From: a virus
DNA length: 64,000 nucleotides
Strand: one strand, 5' to 3'
Virus record (IMG/VR): IMGVR_UViG_3300045243_000021
Coordinates: 8,003 to 72,002 of that record
A program made the position numbers and the translations under genes. Shown here in pieces: positions 56,118 to 64,000 of this stretch; positions within the stretch are counted from its first letter, which is position 1, and each line of letters starts with the position of its first letter. The notes under the pieces are model-generated. The model did no database searches and was not told the origin of the DNA. It saw only the letters and a program-made list of their open reading frames with translations.

Positions 56118-56249
56118 TTATTGTTTTTTCTTGGCTTGTCGCTGCTTCCGTTGCCGGAGTCGGCGGTCAAGCTCCTTCTTCGGCACCTTCACCAGTTTCG
56201 CGGCCAGCGCCTCAAATGCTGGCCCGCCTCCAAGCTGCTTCCCTGCCAT
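56118..56249 (-). CDS. small basic ORF downstream of the transposase
   Basis: AFEALAAKLVKVPKKEL; Lys/Arg-rich tail. Confidence 0.5.
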   Translation of the reverse strand: MAGKQLGGGPAFEALAAKLVKVPKKELDRRLRQRKQRQAKKKQ

Positions 56250-56260
56250 CGTCCTGCCCT

Positions 56261-57211
56261 CTATTCGATGCCCATGAATCCCGCGCCGTCGATGGCGCAC
56301 AACTCGCGATAGGTCAGCCTGCGACCGATCACGCCCTTAATCGCGGCCATGAACCGCGTCCAGTCGTTGCCCTTCCTCGCGTTGTAGCGGAATGCCTCCT
56401 CATCGACGTACCGCTCCAGGTGGTAGGGCGCGACGGCTACGTAGCTCCCACGGATGGCACGCTTGAGCAGACACCAGAAATTCTCCAGGCCGTTCGTATG
56501 GACACGGCCACGGACGTAGGTAGTAGTGTGGTCGATGAAGTCGTGAACGAACCGCGACACGAGGCCAGCGTAAGAGGCATGCGAGTCGGTGTAGACGGTG
56601 GCCGTGCGCTCGACGTTGTGGACGATTTCGCCGATGAGCGTTGTGGCCTCTGTATTGGGCACGACGCGGGCACGGACTTCGCCGCCACGCTCAAGCAGAC
56701 CGTGGACGATGGTTTTGCCGACGCCGCCGCGCCCGAGAATGCGCCGCTCGCGATTACGCCGGTGCATGTTCTCCGCGCGTCCACCGACGAACGTTTCATC
56801 GCTCTCGACTTCGCCGTCCAACTTGCGGAACGTGCGCGTTTTCATCGCCTCTCTGATCCGGTGCAGCATGAACCAACCGGTCTTTTGCGTGACTCCCAAG
56901 GCGCGGGCCAACTCACAAGAGCTAATACCATTCTTCGCGTTGGCGATGCACCAGACGGCGACGAACCAATGGGAGAGCGGGAGCGGGCTATCCTCGAAAA
57001 TCGTGCCTACCTTCGCGCTGAATTGCTTGCGACACTCGCGGCACTGGAGCATGCGCCGACTCTCAATCACGCCGATCTTGTCGCTGCCGCACTTGGGGCA
57101 GACGATATGGCCGTCCGGCCACTTGAGCGCGATCATGTAGGCGTGGCACACGTCCAGATCGGCGAAATGGCGGACGGCTTCGACAAGGGTTTGCGGGCCT
57201 TCGGTTGGCAT
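56261..57211 (-). CDS. IS1595-family (ISXO2-like DDE) transposase
   Basis: Zn ribbon CPKC...CREC; VESDETF, VYTD, NGLENFW, YVDE..FRYN. Confidence 0.93.
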   Translation of the reverse strand: MPTEGPQTLVEAVRHFADLDVCHAYMIALKWPDGHIVCPKCGSDKIGVIESRRMLQCRECRKQFSAKVGTIFEDSPLPLSHWFVAVWCIANAKNGISSCELARALGVTQKTGWFMLHRIREAMKTRTFRKLDGEVESDETFVGGRAENMHRRNRERRILGRGGVGKTIVHGLLERGGEVRARVVPNTEATTLIGEIVHNVERTATVYTDSHASYAGLVSRFVHDFIDHTTTYVRGRVHTNGLENFWCLLKRAIRGSYVAVAPYHLERYVDEEAFRYNARKGNDWTRFMAAIKGVIGRRLTYRELCAIDGAGFMGIE

Positions 57212-57214
57212 GGT

Positions 57215-57469
57215 CTACCTCCCATCCGCATCGGGTTTGCCGGTCACGAGCTGACGCAGCCGGACAGCCAGGTCGGGACGGCCAATGGTGTTGGCGCGAG
57301 CGGCAACAGCGTTCCACGCCTCTATGGTGTCATCCTTGGCCGCTGCCAGCAGCAGCTCACCAAGCTCATGGTCTTGTTCGTCACGGACGCGGCACGCTGC
57401 CAAGATGAATCCCAGTCGCGTTTCGAGCGTCCACTCGCATTCGGTCAGTGGTGCAAATCTCTTGGTCAT
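57215..57469 (-). CDS. IS passenger gene, hypothetical
   Basis: GGAGG RBS; inside the TIRs. Confidence 0.55.
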   Translation of the reverse strand: MTKRFAPLTECEWTLETRLGFILAACRVRDEQDHELGELLLAAAKDDTIEAWNAVAARANTIGRPDLAVRLRQLVTGKPDADGR

Positions 57470-57553
57470 GATCGGGCCTCCGAAAAGCGCCCCGCGCGGC
57501 ACTTCCGCAACGCGGCCCCGGTAGTAAGCCGGGGGCCGCGCGGAGCGGGAATG

Positions 57554-57820
57554 CTATGCCGCGTCAATGTCTGCTTGGACGCCACGATCAGAGAGCCATT
57601 TTGTGCAGGCCCAAAAATCGCCGACGAATTCTTCCGGCTCGGCGAACGTGCGGTCACTGGCGTCGTAAGCCGACAATTGCACCAGATACTTTTTGCCCAC
57701 GTGCCACGCATTGACCACCGGCGTAACGATCTGGCCGTCATGGCGTCCAGACAGCGTAACGTGGCGAGTAGCTGGCCCGTGCTTTTTCGTCGGTTCCGGC
57801 AAAACCTTAAGTGCACTCAT
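57554..57820 (-). CDS. IS passenger gene, hypothetical
   Basis: GGGAG RBS; inside the TIRs. Confidence 0.55.
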   Translation of the reverse strand: MSALKVLPEPTKKHGPATRHVTLSGRHDGQIVTPVVNAWHVGKKYLVQLSAYDASDRTFAEPEEFVGDFWACTKWLSDRGVQADIDAA

Positions 57821-58243
57821 GATTATCTCCCTGGGGTTACTAGCCCCAACTGCCACAGTCCGCCGTGGCCGCGTTGTCGGATCACTCGTCCGACAAAGAG
57901 ATTATCGCCGATTTGCCTTGATGAGTCAAGTATATTACGCACGTTTTTCCCGAATAGTTTTCATCGCCATGCGGCGTCAGGGGTTACGATGAGCCAAGTA
58001 TATAATTACCAAACCTTTCGCGTCTCATCGTCGGAACAGGTGCAGGCATCGGCAAGCCAAGTGGCTGTATAAGCAACGTCGTCCAACGTCATGGCAATCT
58101 CTCCACGTTCGGAAGCGTGCGGCTGGATGGGCTGGGATGCTCTGCCCCATGGACTGGGGCGCTTTTAAATTTGGTAATCGGGCACCGAGGTTGCGAAACA
58201 TGGCCATCGCGTTCACGAACGCGGGCCTTTTGCAGGGTATCAC

Positions 58244-58495
58244 TCATGGGTGTGCCTCCGGATGTCGCTTGACTTTGTGCAGTTGCTCGAAATCGCGGGC
58301 CACCGGGCCGTCAAGCAACTCGGAAAGGTACTCGGCAAGCGTAATGCCACGGAATCCAGAGACGGCCTTGGCGCGACGGTACACCAGCTCGTCAATCTTG
58401 ACGGCTATGTCGCTGCGAGGCGGGCTGTCATCGCCTTTCTTGCGTCGCGGCACGTTTGCTTTCACGGTCTCGGGCCTATCTGCGATAGCGGCCAT
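58244..58495 (-). CDS. ribbon-helix-helix regulator (candidate repressor)
   Basis: IAVKIDELVYRRAKAVSGFRGITLAEYLSELL strand-helix-helix pattern; first gene from the leftward promoter. Confidence 0.7.
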   Translation of the reverse strand: MAAIADRPETVKANVPRRKKGDDSPPRSDIAVKIDELVYRRAKAVSGFRGITLAEYLSELLDGPVARDFEQLHKVKRHPEAHP

Positions 58496-58543
58496 CCGCT
58501 GTCCTCGGAGAAAAAGGTTAACGCTGAGTGTGCGTAACGTCAA

Positions 58544-58572
58544 ATTATATCTAGACTTAGGTTACTGGTCAA
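58544..58572 (-). promoter_or_regulatory. leftward sigma70 promoter
   Basis: TTGACC-17-TATAAT on the minus strand. Confidence 0.8.
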
Positions 58573-58601
58573 CTAAAAAGCAGATTCTTTTCAATCTGCT
58601 A

Positions 58602-58630
58602 TTGCAATCAGTTACCCAGTAACCTATACT
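58602..58630 (+). promoter_or_regulatory. rightward sigma70 promoter
   Basis: TTGCAA-17-TATACT; shares CCAGTAACCTA with the leftward promoter. Confidence 0.75.
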
Positions 58631-58877
58631 ACACTCAGACAAGAGACGAGTCAAGACAAGGAGACAGGAATGAAGTACGACGTTGTGAGAGTGGTGGACG
58701 GGGCGGTCCTGGCGACGGTGAGCACGATGGAGAAGGCCAACGCTATGGCCGAGAAGTTCGGGAATGCCGGAGTGACGGTGACGGTGGCCGCGAGATAAGG
58801 AAAACGGGAACTGGGGGGCCGAAAGGCCCTCCTGCTTTGGTTGAGACGCGAACGAGGCCCTGACGGAGACGACGGCG

Positions 58878-59192
58878 ATGAATGCGATCAAGGGAAACCT
58901 GCTGATCCTCAACAAGCGGAATGAGCTGGTGTTCTCTAATGATCGTTCTTGGGCCGTCCTGGGTGCTTATGCCACGCAAGACTTGGAATCCGCTCTTCTC
59001 GCCCACGGCGACAGGAGTATTCGGGTTCAGTTCACCACGAGCCCGATTCACGTTGAGGAAGATACGGCCAAGTACGCGAAGAGGTTGAAGAAGCTGCTGC
59101 CGTTGTTTGTTTGCGGCGATTTTCGGCCGGTAGTTATCAATGGACGGGTTCTGCCCAACACGCTCACGACGTTGCTCGAAAGGATCGGATAG
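58878..59192 (+). CDS. hypothetical early protein
   Basis: GGAG RBS. Confidence 0.55.
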   Translation: MNAIKGNLLILNKRNELVFSNDRSWAVLGAYATQDLESALLAHGDRSIRVQFTTSPIHVEEDTAKYAKRLKKLLPLFVCGDFRPVVINGRVLPNTLTTLLERIG

Positions 59193-59194
59193 CA

Positions 59195-59401
59195 GTGACC
59201 GAACAAGAAATCCGCCAGCAATATCGCGTGGTCAAGGAACCTAATTGGCAGGTGCAAAAGTTCCATCTCGGCCGGTGGCGGACGGCGTTTTACTGCTCAA
59301 GCGAAACCAGCGCACAATCAGCCATGGAAAAGCAGATCAAGCGAGCAATCGCTGCAAGCAAGATGACGCCAGACGAACGACTGAAGGACGTTCTGCGTTA
59401 A
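59195..59401 (+). CDS. hypothetical protein
   Basis: GTG start right after the upstream stop. Confidence 0.45.
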   Translation: MTEQEIRQQYRVVKEPNWQVQKFHLGRWRTAFYCSSETSAQSAMEKQIKRAIAASKMTPDERLKDVLR

Positions 59402-59452
59402 CGCCAACCGGGGCCACCCAGCCCCTTTTACCGCAGATGGGGGGGATGACGA

Positions 59453-60103
59453 ATGCCAACGATGGCGAGAACGATGGTTCCGGTGAAGATTCTCAAGAAC
59501 GCGCCGTACAACCCGCCGCGCCGCATCCGGTTCGATGCCAAGATGCGAGACCTGCGGGATTCGATGGGTGGGCTTGGCCAGCTAACGCCAATCCTCATCA
59601 ACAAAAAGCATTGGATTATCGACGGGCATCGCCGCGTTGTCGTTGCTTCAATTCTCGGCTGGAAAGAGATTGAGGCCGTGATTGCCGACGGGGCGACAGC
59701 AGAAGCCATCTACGCCAGCATCAACTCGGCTTCCAAGGCGTTGACGGGGAATGACGCCATGGTGGTCTACACGAAGAACAAGGAAGCGTGCCCATACCGC
59801 ATTCGGCATCGGCTCGAACAGTTTGAGGCAATGTGCGGTTTTGACCTCATCCTGAAAATGGCCGACAAAGGCCGCTCGCCAAGCATCTTCAAGGTAGCCT
59901 TGTCCATCATCAACTACCTCGACAAGTCAGACGACAAGGCGCTTTTCAAGAAGACGGCTCTGTGGCTCGACAACTTCAATTATGGGGCCTACATGGAAAA
60001 GGCCATGATCGCTGGCATGGAGCCAAATGAGCTTCTGCGGTGCATTGAGAACAACCGCAAGGTGAAGGTCGGACTGAAACTCGTTGATGCCATGGCAAGC
60101 TAA
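59453..60103 (+). CDS. ParB/Srx N-terminal domain protein
   Basis: GQLTPILINKKHWIIDGHRR. Confidence 0.82.
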   Translation: MPTMARTMVPVKILKNAPYNPPRRIRFDAKMRDLRDSMGGLGQLTPILINKKHWIIDGHRRVVVASILGWKEIEAVIADGATAEAIYASINSASKALTGNDAMVVYTKNKEACPYRIRHRLEQFEAMCGFDLILKMADKGRSPSIFKVALSIINYLDKSDDKALFKKTALWLDNFNYGAYMEKAMIAGMEPNELLRCIENNRKVKVGLKLVDAMAS

Positions 60104-60168
60104 GCAGCGTCAAACCGTGGGCTAGCCCAGCCCCATGGAGGACAACGTTTTCTCTAAAAGGAGTTTCT

Positions 60169-60459
60169 GTGGCGAAGTCCAAGGAAAGAGCGGTTCTCGT
60201 TACGACCGCGCACAAAGGCGTCTTTTTTGGCTACCTGCAAGGCGAGCCAGCCAAGGAAAGCGTGACGCTAAAGCGAGCACGAAACTGCGTCTACTGGAGT
60301 ACCGACGTTAAAGGGTTCGCCGGACTCGCGGCCAACGGTCCAACGGAATCGTGCAAGATCGGGCCAGCGGCGAATATGACGCTGTTCGACATTACCGCTG
60401 TTGTTGAAGTGTCGCCTGAAGCATCCGAGAAATGGGAAGGTGCCCCCTGGAGTTGTTAA
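60169..60459 (+). CDS. conserved phage protein (DUF6948-like)
   Basis: VLVTTAHKGVFFG...ARNCVYW...GLAANGP; AAGGAG RBS. Confidence 0.7.
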   Translation: MAKSKERAVLVTTAHKGVFFGYLQGEPAKESVTLKRARNCVYWSTDVKGFAGLAANGPTESCKIGPAANMTLFDITAVVEVSPEASEKWEGAPWSC

Positions 60460-60461
60460 GC

Positions 60462-60953
60462 ATGGCGAGACGTGTTCGTTCTGACCGTGGAACGTTTAGG
60501 TTGACCGACAAGGAACTCATTGACCGCCACTCGTTCGTTGACGCGAAAAGTGGGTGTTGGGTTTGGGTTGGCCAAGAGAACACCTGGGGCTATGGGCGAC
60601 TGAGCAGAAACCGCATCGAAAGACTAGCTCATCGCCTTGCGTACCGCGCATTCGTTGGGCCGATACCAGACGGGTTGCGAGTGCTCCACCATTGCGACAA
60701 TCCGGCATGCTGCAATCCATCTCATCTGTTTATTGGGACGGACGCGGACAACATGCGGGACATGGCTACCAAGGGAAGATGCGCGGACCGTCGCGGCGAA
60801 CTTGCACCTAATTCAAAGCTGACGATGGACTCGGTTTGCTCCATGCGACAAGAGCATGCGAACGGTGCAAGGATCAGCGACTTGGCCAGAAAATACGGTG
60901 TAAGCCGCCGCACTATTGGCTTTGCGATCAGAGGTGAAACATGGTCCTGCTAG
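60462..60953 (+). CDS. HNH homing endonuclease
   Basis: CWVWVG..GYG..LAHRLAY...VLHHCDNPACCNPSHLFIGTDADN. Confidence 0.9.
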   Translation: MARRVRSDRGTFRLTDKELIDRHSFVDAKSGCWVWVGQENTWGYGRLSRNRIERLAHRLAYRAFVGPIPDGLRVLHHCDNPACCNPSHLFIGTDADNMRDMATKGRCADRRGELAPNSKLTMDSVCSMRQEHANGARISDLARKYGVSRRTIGFAIRGETWSC

Positions 60954-61558
60954 GTGAAATGCCGCGCTACGGCTCCGGCTCCGGCTACGGCTACGGCGAC
61001 GGCTACGGCTACGGCTCCGGCGACGGCTACGGCTCCGGCTCCGGCTACGGCGACGGCTACGGCTCCGGCTCCGGCTCCGGCTACGGCGACGGCTACGGCT
61101 CCGGCTCCGGCTACGGCGACGGCTACGGCTCCGGCTCCGGCTCCGGCTCCGGCGACGGCTACGGCTCCGGCTCCGGCTACGGCTCCGGCTACGGCTACGG
61201 CTCCAAAGAATATTGGGCCGCAGCAATCGACCAGTTTGTTGCTCGCATGCCGCAAGTCGCCGCCGCCCGCGCTGCTGACTTGCGTGCGACCGGTGCCAAA
61301 CTCGCTTACTGGCGTTCCGCGAAAGACGGATCGCCAATCAATGGTGGCTCCGGATCAGCGGTAAAGCCTGGAGACCTGCAAGAGATTCTCGGGCCATTGG
61401 AACTATGCACGCATCGGGCTCTCCATGCCACGCTCCTGCCGCCGAAGTGGAAAGGTGAGCGCATCTGGCTCGTCGCGTTGATCGGAGAAGTGCACGAAGA
61501 CGAGAGCAAGATTGGCGCGCTCAAGCGGGAAATCATCGCGGACATTACGAACCTGTAG
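60941..61558 (+). CDS. Gly-Ser/Tyr/Asp repeat protein
   Basis: GAGG RBS; (GX)n tract followed by a unique C-terminal domain. Confidence 0.75.
   Translation: MVLLGEMPRYGSGSGYGYGDGYGYGSGDGYGSGSGYGDGYGSGSGSGYGDGYGSGSGYGDGYGSGSGSGSGDGYGSGSGYGSGYGYGSKEYWAAAIDQFVARMPQVAAARAADLRATGAKLAYWRSAKDGSPINGGSGSAVKPGDLQEILGPLELCTHRALHATLLPPKWKGERIWLVALIGEVHEDESKIGALKREIIADITNL
60966..61204. repeat. hexamer tandem repeat (GGCTAC/GGCTCC/GGCGAC)
   Basis: Visible directly; encodes GY/GS/GD dipeptides. Confidence 0.95.
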
Positions 61559-61580
61559 CCCCATGGGGAGGGTGGAGCGG

Positions 61581-61919
61581 ATGGCACTGACTCTAACGCA
61601 AATCGATGACAAGCAGGCCCATTGCGGTGGTTGCCGAAACAACTTTTACAACCACAGCGGCAACAGCAGTACTGGGCATTGCTGGTCGCTCGAAAGTGCC
61701 AAGCTGCGGTGGCGGTGGGTTATCAACATGCAGACGCCGATGGACAAGAAGTCCCGCTTTTACCGGAAGCGAGTCTATACGTGCTATCACGGCGAAGGCC
61801 CATATCGGGACATTTACCTGCTTCGCCTTCCCGAACATCTCGGCGGCGATTGGGCAGACGAGCGCGACAAGCTTGAGCACGAATTGGCGTTAGCGGAAAA
61901 GAAGGCCGCCCATGCCTAA
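61581..61919 (+). CDS. Cys-motif hypothetical protein
   Basis: GGAG RBS; CGGCRNNFYN...CWSL. Confidence 0.6.
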   Translation: MALTLTQIDDKQAHCGGCRNNFYNHSGNSSTGHCWSLESAKLRWRWVINMQTPMDKKSRFYRKRVYTCYHGEGPYRDIYLLRLPEHLGGDWADERDKLEHELALAEKKAAHA

Positions 61920-62556
61920 CCGCCTCCGCTGCGTGCTGTCGGTGCTCGTGATGGTGTTGGCATGGCCGCTGGCGACTATCGTTGTTGGGTGCGATTGGAG
62001 GAAAACGTCATCTGGTTGGCATCGCTAAATGAAAACTGCGGTTCGGCTTCGCAAGCTGGTGTTTATAGCCGACGTGACAGCACCCGTTGTCCCCATAAAG
62101 GACTTCCAAGGACTGCACGAATAGACCCAGCAACTTTAGCGCGATTTGAGGAAGCCATGAAGCGCGACAGAGAAATGCGACGGCTAGCAAACTGGCCGAG
62201 ACGGACCATGGAGCAGGCAGCGAAATTGGCTGATGCCGGATGGTATCCGTTCCCAGAACTGACCGAGGAAGAGAACGACGAAATATTCATCGCTCGGCTC
62301 GGCGGCTTTGGTCCATGCTTCGCGGCGTATCCAGATGCGGAAGCACAGACAAGGAAAACACTAGCAGCGGCACGAACATTCAACCGCACTTCCGCCCGCT
62401 AGCTCGAATTCCCGTGTAGCACGTAACCAATGGTGAATAGGTGCTAGCACACGTCTGAGGCTTACGGGATGCAGGGCGAACCGGGCGGAGTCTTTTTACC
62501 AAGGAGGGGAACCTATGCCGCTAGACGCCATCGTCATTGGCAGGAGAAGAACCGCG

Positions 62557-62802
62557 ATGAGTACAACGCCAAGCAACGTGAATACCGGGCAAGACGTAAA
62601 GCAGAAGGGCGTCCAGTTTCCAGCGGAACTTAATTTACGTGACTACTTCGCGGCCAAGGCCATGCAAGCCATAGTGGCCGACACGGCAAGCCTGAAAGCC
62701 GCTGAGCTTGGCGGCAAGCGTTTTGGATTTGACGTTACTGCCGCCGTAGCTAGCGCGGCATACGAGTTTGCCGACGCCATGCTCGCAGCACGGGAGGCTT
62801 AA
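62557..62802 (+). CDS. conserved small phage protein
   Basis: LRDYFAAKAMQA...AYEFADAMLAAR motif. Confidence 0.75.
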   Translation: MSTTPSNVNTGQDVKQKGVQFPAELNLRDYFAAKAMQAIVADTASLKAAELGGKRFGFDVTAAVASAAYEFADAMLAAREA

Positions 62803-62805
62803 CCC

Positions 62806-63021
62806 ATGTGGCTCGTGACCGGCACTCAGAACGGCCTACGGATCGAGTTCAGCGTCAAGCTCTCGACGAGGCTGGCGGCCCAGGACTTCATGGACTACGT
62901 GCAGGCCACGCAGCCGAACGTCTGCGATCTGGCAGTGGAGTACAAGCCATGCACAAAGGCGACTGCCCCTGTTGCGGCAAGCATAGCGAAGAGCTTGGCA
63001 CCTGTTACTGCTACGGCATAG
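62806..63021 (+). CDS. hypothetical protein
   Basis: GGAGG RBS. Confidence 0.55.
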   Translation: MWLVTGTQNGLRIEFSVKLSTRLAAQDFMDYVQATQPNVCDLAVEYKPCTKATAPVAASIAKSLAPVTATA

Positions 63022-63223
63022 CGTGCCTGGATTGCCAGCGAACGGGCCCCCATGCCAAGTGTGACCTGTACCACCATATGCGGGCCATTACCTGGAAGCC
63101 GCTGCCCAAGTTCACGCGGAAGGCCAGCAAGACGCGCAAGGCCACGCAGCAATGCCGGATACCGAACTACAGCGAGGACTTTGGGAACCAGTACGACTTT
63201 TTGCAGACGAGGTTATTCGCGTA

Positions 63224-63403
63224 ATGGACATTGAAACGCTTATAGAAGTGCTGGAAAAGTCCGTGGAGAAGCACGGCAAGGACAAGGTGCTCACGCTGGG
63301 TTATTTGCTAAACCTGTTAAGACTTGTGGAGCGTGTCGAATTGCAACGAGACGCCATGGCGGATGCGCTCGGCATGGAAGATGACGCATGGGGGGATCGG
63401 TAA
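63224..63403 (+). CDS. hypothetical protein
   Basis: GAGG RBS; TAATG coupling. Confidence 0.5.
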   Translation: MDIETLIEVLEKSVEKHGKDKVLTLGYLLNLLRLVERVELQRDAMADALGMEDDAWGDR

Positions 63404-63666
63404 TGAGCTACCAGTTCATCTGCTCTGGCTTCGAGTGCTGGGAACGCAGCCCGGAAGGCGACGCCGACAACAACGCCATCAAGCTCGCCGAAGCTGCCGG
63501 CTGGCTCATCCAGAACCACCCGTGGTTCAAGTATCTGTGTCCCGAGTGCCGCAAGCTCAAGGAGGAGACCCATGCCACGACGGCAAACGCTGTTCAGTCA
63601 CCGGCCGTGGATCAGGCCACCGTAGAGGGGGCGTGGTTTGGAGCAAGGGGCTCGGCGCGGCCGTAG
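63403..63666 (+). CDS. Cys-motif hypothetical protein
   Basis: CSGFEC...AGW...LCPEC. Confidence 0.5.
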   Translation: MSYQFICSGFECWERSPEGDADNNAIKLAEAAGWLIQNHPWFKYLCPECRKLKEETHATTANAVQSPAVDQATVEGAWFGARGSARP

Positions 63667-63711
63667 CCTGGACGGCGAAAGCCGCGCCGGGGTTTTGCAT
63701 GGAGGCACGCG

Positions 63712-63894
63712 ATGGAAACCGCAACCGAACTGGACGACCTGCTCCGCGAGAACGAACAATTGCTGCGGCTGGTGTGGGGATTGGCGGAAAGACTTCGGCT
63801 TTGCAGCGAAGTGCTCGGCAAGTGTGCGGAACGAAATAAGGTGTGCGTGGTGTGCTTGAAGGAGTTGACCGGTGAAGCTCAGCATCGTTTATGA
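63712..63894 (+). CDS. hypothetical protein
   Basis: GGAGG RBS. Confidence 0.5.
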   Translation: METATELDDLLRENEQLLRLVWGLAERLRLCSEVLGKCAERNKVCVVCLKELTGEAQHRL

Positions 63895-64000
63895 ATTGCA
63901 GGAATGCGAATGCAAGTGCCCGTTCTGCGACGACAAGCACCGCCGGCCAATCTTTCCGGACTGCCACAAGCAACTCAAGAAGTTTCTGGACGGTGACCAT

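Larger units (their letters stand above)
56058..58010 (-). mobile_element. IS1595-family element with passenger genes
   Basis: 23-bp TIRs GGTAATTA(CT/TA)TACTTGGCTCATC, 21/23 match; 8-bp TSD AAACCTTT at 56050-57 and 58011-18. Confidence 0.93.
55811..58092 (-). pseudogene. small gene (~106 aa) interrupted by the IS
   Basis: Removing the IS and one TSD joins MTLDDVAY...ETRKV in frame to YIGRAAACLATLASLVQSQQ...WCPDCRHFID; GGAGAG RBS. Confidence 0.75.

Noticed and set aside
56096-58072. 658-aa plus-strand ORF spanning the IS
   Set aside because: Antisense shadow of the transposase and passenger genes; no recognisable motifs; runs across the IS end
60813-61364. RS-repeat, AV/AG-repeat and AT/AP-repeat ORFs
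   Set aside because: Alternative frames of the hexamer repeat; only the Gly-X frame has an RBS and a sensible C-terminal domain
1-64000. CRISPR array or diversity-generating retroelement
   Set aside because: No regularly spaced repeats, no reverse transcriptase, and no adenine-variable repeat pair noticed

Overview
The whole window reads as part of a temperate, non-contractile-tailed (siphovirus-like) phage genome, probably not integrated, since an intact attP-like site sits beside the integrase. A Planctomycetota-like host is inferred from the cytochrome-c and Cys-rich gene content, not proven. Gene order: terminase (2.3-4.4 kb); portal, MuF, protease, capsid and neck (7.3-18.3 kb); a ~16 kb block of membrane, secreted, heme-motif and fibre-like genes; tail genes (34-42 kb); an ~11 kb sugar-biosynthesis and glycosyltransferase cluster; attP and integrase; a complete IS1595-family element; a ribbon-helix-helix switch; early genes. 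The region carries two inteins and four free-standing endonuclease genes or remnants. The strongest unexplained signal is three sequence-divergent but structurally identical ~125-nt elements (7175, 30596, 35214). Each has an upstream antiterminator strand, a three-way junction and a covarying 6-bp pseudoknot overlapping an intrinsic terminator, i.e. a candidate new RNA switch family in the late operon. Other leads: a recurring GTG[T/S] motif in virion proteins next to a glycosylation cluster; a MuF polyprotein with repeated tags and a nuclease cargo; endonuclease insertions that duplicate and recode the target gene's N-terminus; and phage-encoded c-type cytochromes. All calls come from reading motifs by eye; no database searches were run.
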